A stretch of DNA of 10,406 nucleotides from Campylobacterota bacterium. GTDB lineage: Bacteria > Campylobacterota > Campylobacteria > Campylobacterales > Sulfurimonadaceae. How positions within the stretch are numbered: the stretch's first letter is position 1; each line of letters begins with the position of its first letter. The notes under the pieces are model-generated. The model had not been told where the DNA came from. It did no database searches and saw only the letters and a program-made list of their open reading frames with translations. This document shows positions 7,353 through 10,406 of this stretch, piece by piece. The position numbers were made by a program, and so were the translations under genes. The DNA lies in NCBI GenBank assembly GCA_034717975.1, contig JAYEMF010000112.1, positions 1 to 10,406 of the forward strand, written 5' to 3'.

Positions 7353-8857
7353 TCAGACTCCTTTTCAGATGATTTAGCACTCCAATCGGTGATCACGCCA
7401 TAAGCCATTACGGTGATCATCGGAAAAAGTGAAGCGAAGGCGATCAGACCAAAACCGTCGATCAGAGGACTTCGCCCTTCTATATTGGTCGCCAGTCCCA
7501 AGCCCAGTGCAGCGACCAGCGGCACTGTGACCGTCGAAGTAGTCACCCCTCCCGAATCATAGGCGATAGGGACAATATATCGTGGCGAAAAATAGGTCAG
7601 GATGATCACGATAATGTAACCTACAATAATATAATAGTGGAGAGGATCACCCGCCACAATACGGTACGCCCCCAAAGCGATCCCTACCGCTACACCAAGG
7701 GCTACGGCAATCCTTAAGATCATCTCTTTGATCTGACCACCGGAGATCTCTTCGACCTTCATGGCAATCGCCAGAAGTGCCGGTTCAGCCATTGTCGTAG
7801 AAAATCCTATCATAAAGCCAAACAGATAGATATAAAAGTGGTTGCTCTGCTGGGTCAGTTGCAGCGCCATCACTTCACCAATAGGGAAGAGTCCCATCTC
7901 CAACCCCACAATAAACGCATAGAGTCCCAGAATGACAAATATGATTCCTATGGTGATCCGCGAAAGATTCGGCACTGCTTTTTTGATGATCATATATTGA
8001 AAAAAGAAGATGACCACCAGGATAGGAAGGACATCGGTAATCACCGAAAGCAGTTCAAAGAAAAGGGCAACTGCTTTATCGGTGACCGTAAGCAGCAGTT
8101 CTGTTTTTCTTTGCACGGCGGTTATGGTAGCAGCCATACGCTCATGTTCGCCAAATGAGTAGACAAGCATGCCGTACAGTTGTACAAAGATCATCGGAGT
8201 AAGCGAAGCGAATGCGATCAATCCAAAGCCGTCGATGACCGGATTACGGCCACGGATACTCGATGCCAGTCCCACTCCCAGTGCAGCGACCAGTGGTACG
8301 GTGACTGTTGAAGTCGTCACCCCGCCTGAATCATAAGCCAACCCAACGATCTCAGGCGGAACAAAAAAGGTCAGAAGAACAACAATGACATAGCCGGAGA
8401 TAATATAAAAATGGATCGGATGCCCGGTCAGAATGCGAAAAACACCCAAAGCAATGGCAAATCCGACCGAAAGGGCTACGGTAAGCCGCAGCATTGTAGC
8501 ATCTATACGGCCCTCACTGATAACAGCAGCCTTATCGGCAATGGCGATCAAAGCCGGTTCGGCAATCGTTGTAGAGAAACCGATCAGGAAAGCAAAAGAG
8601 AGTAGCCAGAAAAGACTCCCTTTGGCCGCAAACTCATTGGCTAGATTTTCACCGATCGGGAAGATACCGATCTCCAACCCCTGTATAAAAACGGCCAGTC
8701 CTACGGCTACGATAAAGAGCCCTATAACGATGGATACCAGATCATCCGGAACCTGACGTAAAATAAAAATCTGGAAAAAAGTGATGACTACGATGATAGG
8801 CAGCAGGTCTTTGAAAGAGCTCTTTAACAATACTAAAAGAAGTCTGACCTGTTCCAA
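7349..8857 (-). CDS. DUF1538 family polytopic membrane protein, two fused repeats
   Basis: 502 aa, TTG start with AAAGG SD; two homologous halves each with GLE-x-G-x-FPIGE, IGFSTT-x-[26 protein letters not shown] and [12 protein letters not shown]. Confidence 0.9.
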   Translation of the reverse strand: MEQVRLLLVLLKSSFKDLLPIIVVITFFQIFILRQVPDDLVSIVIGLFIVAVGLAVFIQGLEIGIFPIGENLANEFAAKGSLFWLLSFAFLIGFSTTIAEPALIAIADKAAVISEGRIDATMLRLTVALSVGFAIALGVFRILTGHPIHFYIISGYVIVVLLTFFVPPEIVGLAYDSGGVTTSTVTVPLVAALGVGLASSIRGRNPVIDGFGLIAFASLTPMIFVQLYGMLVYSFGEHERMAATITAVQRKTELLLTVTDKAVALFFELLSVITDVLPILVVIFFFQYMIIKKAVPNLSRITIGIIFVILGLYAFIVGLEMGLFPIGEVMALQLTQQSNHFYIYLFGFMIGFSTTMAEPALLAIAMKVEEISGGQIKEMILRIAVALGVAVGIALGAYRIVAGDPLHYYIIVGYIIVIILTYFSPRYIVPIAYDSGGVTTSTVTVPLVAALGLGLATNIEGRSPLIDGFGLIAFASLFPMITVMAYGVITDWSAKSSEKESE

Positions 8858-8881
8858 CCTGCTGCCTTTACCTGCGTCTAT

Positions 8882-9433
8882 CTAATGTTTAAGCTTATCA
8901 CCGTTGAAAAGCGAGGCAAGTTCAAGGTAGCCACTAACATAGTGTGCGAAGAAGACCATAAAGCGGGTATCTTCCCTGTCGAACCCACCCAGGTGGTCCC
9001 TCTCTTGAGACGAGCTCAATTCACCTTGATCCGCTTCTTTATTGAGAAGCTGCAAGACACCTATCAGTTCCCGACCCGAATTGAAAACAGGTACCGATGC
9101 GATATTTTTCGTAATATACCCGGTCTGCTTATCGACATCCGCATGAAATCTTGGATCTTTATAGGGGGCATTGACGATCAGCGGTTTACGCTCCTTGATC
9201 GTTGCTCCGGCAATACCGGTGTCAGCACTGATGACAACCTTCTCAATCTCGTCTGAGAGCGTTGTCCAGAGTGTATCATTCACCTTATCGTAAATATAGA
9301 TGGAGCAGCGGTCTGCCCCAATGACACCTTTGACATACCCTGCAATCATCGGAAGACCCTGCTCAAGCGATCTCTGCTTCAGCATATCACGCCCAAAATC
9401 AGCCAGTTTGGCATATGAGTTGACATATTTCAT
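8882..9433 (-). CDS. Stand-alone GAF domain protein (PDE/CyaB-like cNMP-binding type), copy 1, with 14-aa insertion
   Basis: 183 aa; ADRCSIY, GIAG, PYKDPRF, VDKQTGYITKNIASVPV, GVLQLLNK...F-x3-DT; colinear with the 6102-6590 GAF apart from QGELSSSQERDHLG. Confidence 0.92.
   Translation of the reverse strand: MKYVNSYAKLADFGRDMLKQRSLEQGLPMIAGYVKGVIGADRCSIYIYDKVNDTLWTTLSDEIEKVVISADTGIAGATIKERKPLIVNAPYKDPRFHADVDKQTGYITKNIASVPVFNSGRELIGVLQLLNKEADQGELSSSQERDHLGGFDREDTRFMVFFAHYVSGYLELASLFNGDKLKH
8987..9028 (-). mobile_element. Putative 42-bp palindromic in-frame insertion element
   Basis: Minus strand CAAGGTGAATTGAGCTCGTCTCAAGAGAGGGACCACCTGGGT: outer stem AGGTG/CACCT, inner stem TTGAG/CTCAA; equals exactly the 14-codon length excess over the paralogue in the NK-F loop. 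Confidence 0.55.
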
Positions 9434-9469
9434 ATTATTTTACTTTAACTTGGAATTTCATATAGATAG

Positions 9470-9475
9470 ATTCTA
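9470..9475 (-). promoter_or_regulatory. Candidate -10 box (TAGAAT) for the GAF-DUF1538-PII-CBS-GAF operon
   Basis: ATTCTA on + = TAGAAT on -, about 37 nt upstream of ATG 9433 in the divergent gap. Confidence 0.4.
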
Positions 9476-9510
9476 CTTGAACCCAACTCAAAAGCCCCTG
9501 ATAACAAAAG

Positions 9511-9519
9511 TGATATGAT
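9511..9519 (+). promoter_or_regulatory. Candidate extended -10 promoter (TGaTATGAT) for arsC
   Basis: TGn plus TATGAT about 31 nt upstream of ATG 9551, followed by AAGGA SD at 9540-9544. Confidence 0.5.
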
Positions 9520-9550
9520 TGCATTCACACTATCAAACTAAGGACAAACT

Positions 9551-9904
9551 ATGGCATCTATTACCATCTGGCACAATCCGCGCTGCTCAAAGTCACGTCA
9601 GGGACTGGCACTGCTTGAAGATAACGGCATCGCTCCTGACGTGCTTAAATACCTCGATACACCACCTACTGCTGAAGAGATCAAAGCCGTTCTCAAAAAA
9701 CTCGGGATCACGGCACGTGAGCTTATACGCACAAAAGAGGCAGAGTACAAAGAGCTGGGGCTGAAAGATATCGATGATGAAGAGAGGCTGATCGAAGCGA
9801 TGGCCGTTCATCCGAAACTGATTGAACGACCGGTTGTTATAGTGGGAGACAAGGCAGTCATCGGACGACCGCCGGAAAAAGTGTTAGAGCTTGTAAATAC
9901 CTAA
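9551..9904 (+). CDS. arsC: Arsenate reductase, glutaredoxin-dependent ArsC family
   Basis: 117 aa; HNPRCSKSR active-site motif, LIR, HPKLIERPVV and GRPPE (three conserved Arg); AAGGA SD. Confidence 0.9.
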   Translation: MASITIWHNPRCSKSRQGLALLEDNGIAPDVLKYLDTPPTAEEIKAVLKKLGITARELIRTKEAEYKELGLKDIDDEERLIEAMAVHPKLIERPVVIVGDKAVIGRPPEKVLELVNT

Positions 9905-10030
9905 AGGGCACCTCTAAATCTACTCTTTACTATCATTTAGCAAGAGAGATAGCTATAAATGAAAAAATGTTCGTCAACTGCAGTCCTAAAGCGCAAAAAG
10001 CGCGAGGGCCTACTGCCGAAGTAAACCTAG

Positions 10031-10072
10031 TGTTAACGTAACCGTAGGGGCTTTGCTCCTATGGCGTTTACA
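10031..10072 (+). repeat. REP-like / terminator-like bulged hairpin between convergent genes
   Basis: TGTTAACG-TAA-CCGTAGGGGC-TTT-GCTCCTATGG-CGTTTACA: 10-bp inner stem with two G-T pairs plus 8-bp outer stem with one mismatch; contains GTAG at the stem foot; no poly-T tail on either side. Confidence 0.55.
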
Positions 10073-10074
10073 TA

Positions 10075-10311
10075 TTATAAATTATGTGACTGCTTATACT
10101 TAACGATAATACTATACGCTTCATCTTTCAAAAGCAGTTTCTCTTTTTTCAGCTTTTCGATCTCCATATCTGTCATCGGCGTATCACCATGTTCAGCTTT
10201 TATGATCTCATCGTCAAGAGCATTGTGTTTGTCGAAGATGTGAAGAAAATGGCCATTGGCCTCTTCATTCTTTTTCATATGGGTAATAATATCGCGATAT
10301 TCGTGCAACAT
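10075..10311 (-). CDS. DUF465 (YdcH family) small coiled-coil protein
   Basis: 78 aa; MLHEYRDII, HF-x2-IFDKHNALDDEI, EIEKLKKEKLLLKDE; AAGGA SD upstream. Confidence 0.9.
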   Translation of the reverse strand: MLHEYRDIITHMKKNEEANGHFLHIFDKHNALDDEIIKAEHGDTPMTDMEIEKLKKEKLLLKDEAYSIIVKYKQSHNL

Positions 10312-10342
10312 TCTGGATTCCTTGTAGGATTTTATTTTTGAA

Positions 10343-10348
10343 ATTATA
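10343..10348 (-). promoter_or_regulatory. Candidate -10 box (TATAAT) for DUF465 gene
   Basis: ATTATA on + = perfect TATAAT on -, about 31 nt upstream of ATG 10311. Confidence 0.55.
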
Positions 10349-10406
10349 CCCCTCTTTTAGTATAGAAAAGCTAAAAAAGACTTTTCCATGCTATTAAGTT
10401 AAGAAA

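Noticed and set aside
7430..8340. DNA direct repeats within the DUF1538 gene as mobile or CRISPR-like repeats
   Set aside because: Explained by the internal protein domain duplication; differences fall at synonymous positions and there is no repeat-spacer periodicity.
9551..9904. Arsenic resistance operon
   Set aside because: No arsR, arsB, acr3 or arsD in the window; stand-alone ArsC-family genes are common.
9905..9918. AGGGCACCTCTAAA as an IS/MITE terminal inverted repeat
   Set aside because: Resembles an IS-type end, but no complementary GAGGTGCC partner or transposase was found nearby.
10031..10072. Classical intrinsic terminator, or same family as the 42-bp GAF insertion
   Set aside because: No U-tract on either strand; the equal 42-nt length and bulged architecture are not accompanied by sequence similarity to 8987-9028.

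Overview
Gene-dense bacterial chromosomal segment, most likely a free-living Campylobacterota (Sulfurimonas/Sulfuricurvum-like; inferred from the DUF465 and NosD sequence types, AAGGA Shine-Dalgarno sites and TATAAT/extended -10 promoters). Left to right: the 3' end of a sensor histidine kinase (+); a minus-strand trio (coiled-coil hypothetical, double-CDGSH Fe-S protein, CitE/HpcH-like C-C lyase); a plus-strand run of SAM methyltransferase, asnB-type amidotransferase and an orphan NosD paralogue; a tightly coupled five-gene minus-strand operon GAF - fused double DUF1538 membrane protein - PII-like - CBS - GAF; an ArsC-family reductase; and a DUF465 protein. No rRNA, tRNA, CRISPR or transposase is seen. 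Most notable: (1) the GAF/DUF1538/PII/CBS/GAF operon, a candidate nucleotide-regulated transporter module; (2) a 42-bp hairpin-forming in-frame insertion in the first GAF gene; (3) an inverted heptamer purine/pyrimidine repeat with G-quadruplex motifs on both strands ahead of asnB; (4) a stand-alone NosD with an altered Cu-binding triad; (5) a multi-hairpin intergenic element between arsC and DUF465.
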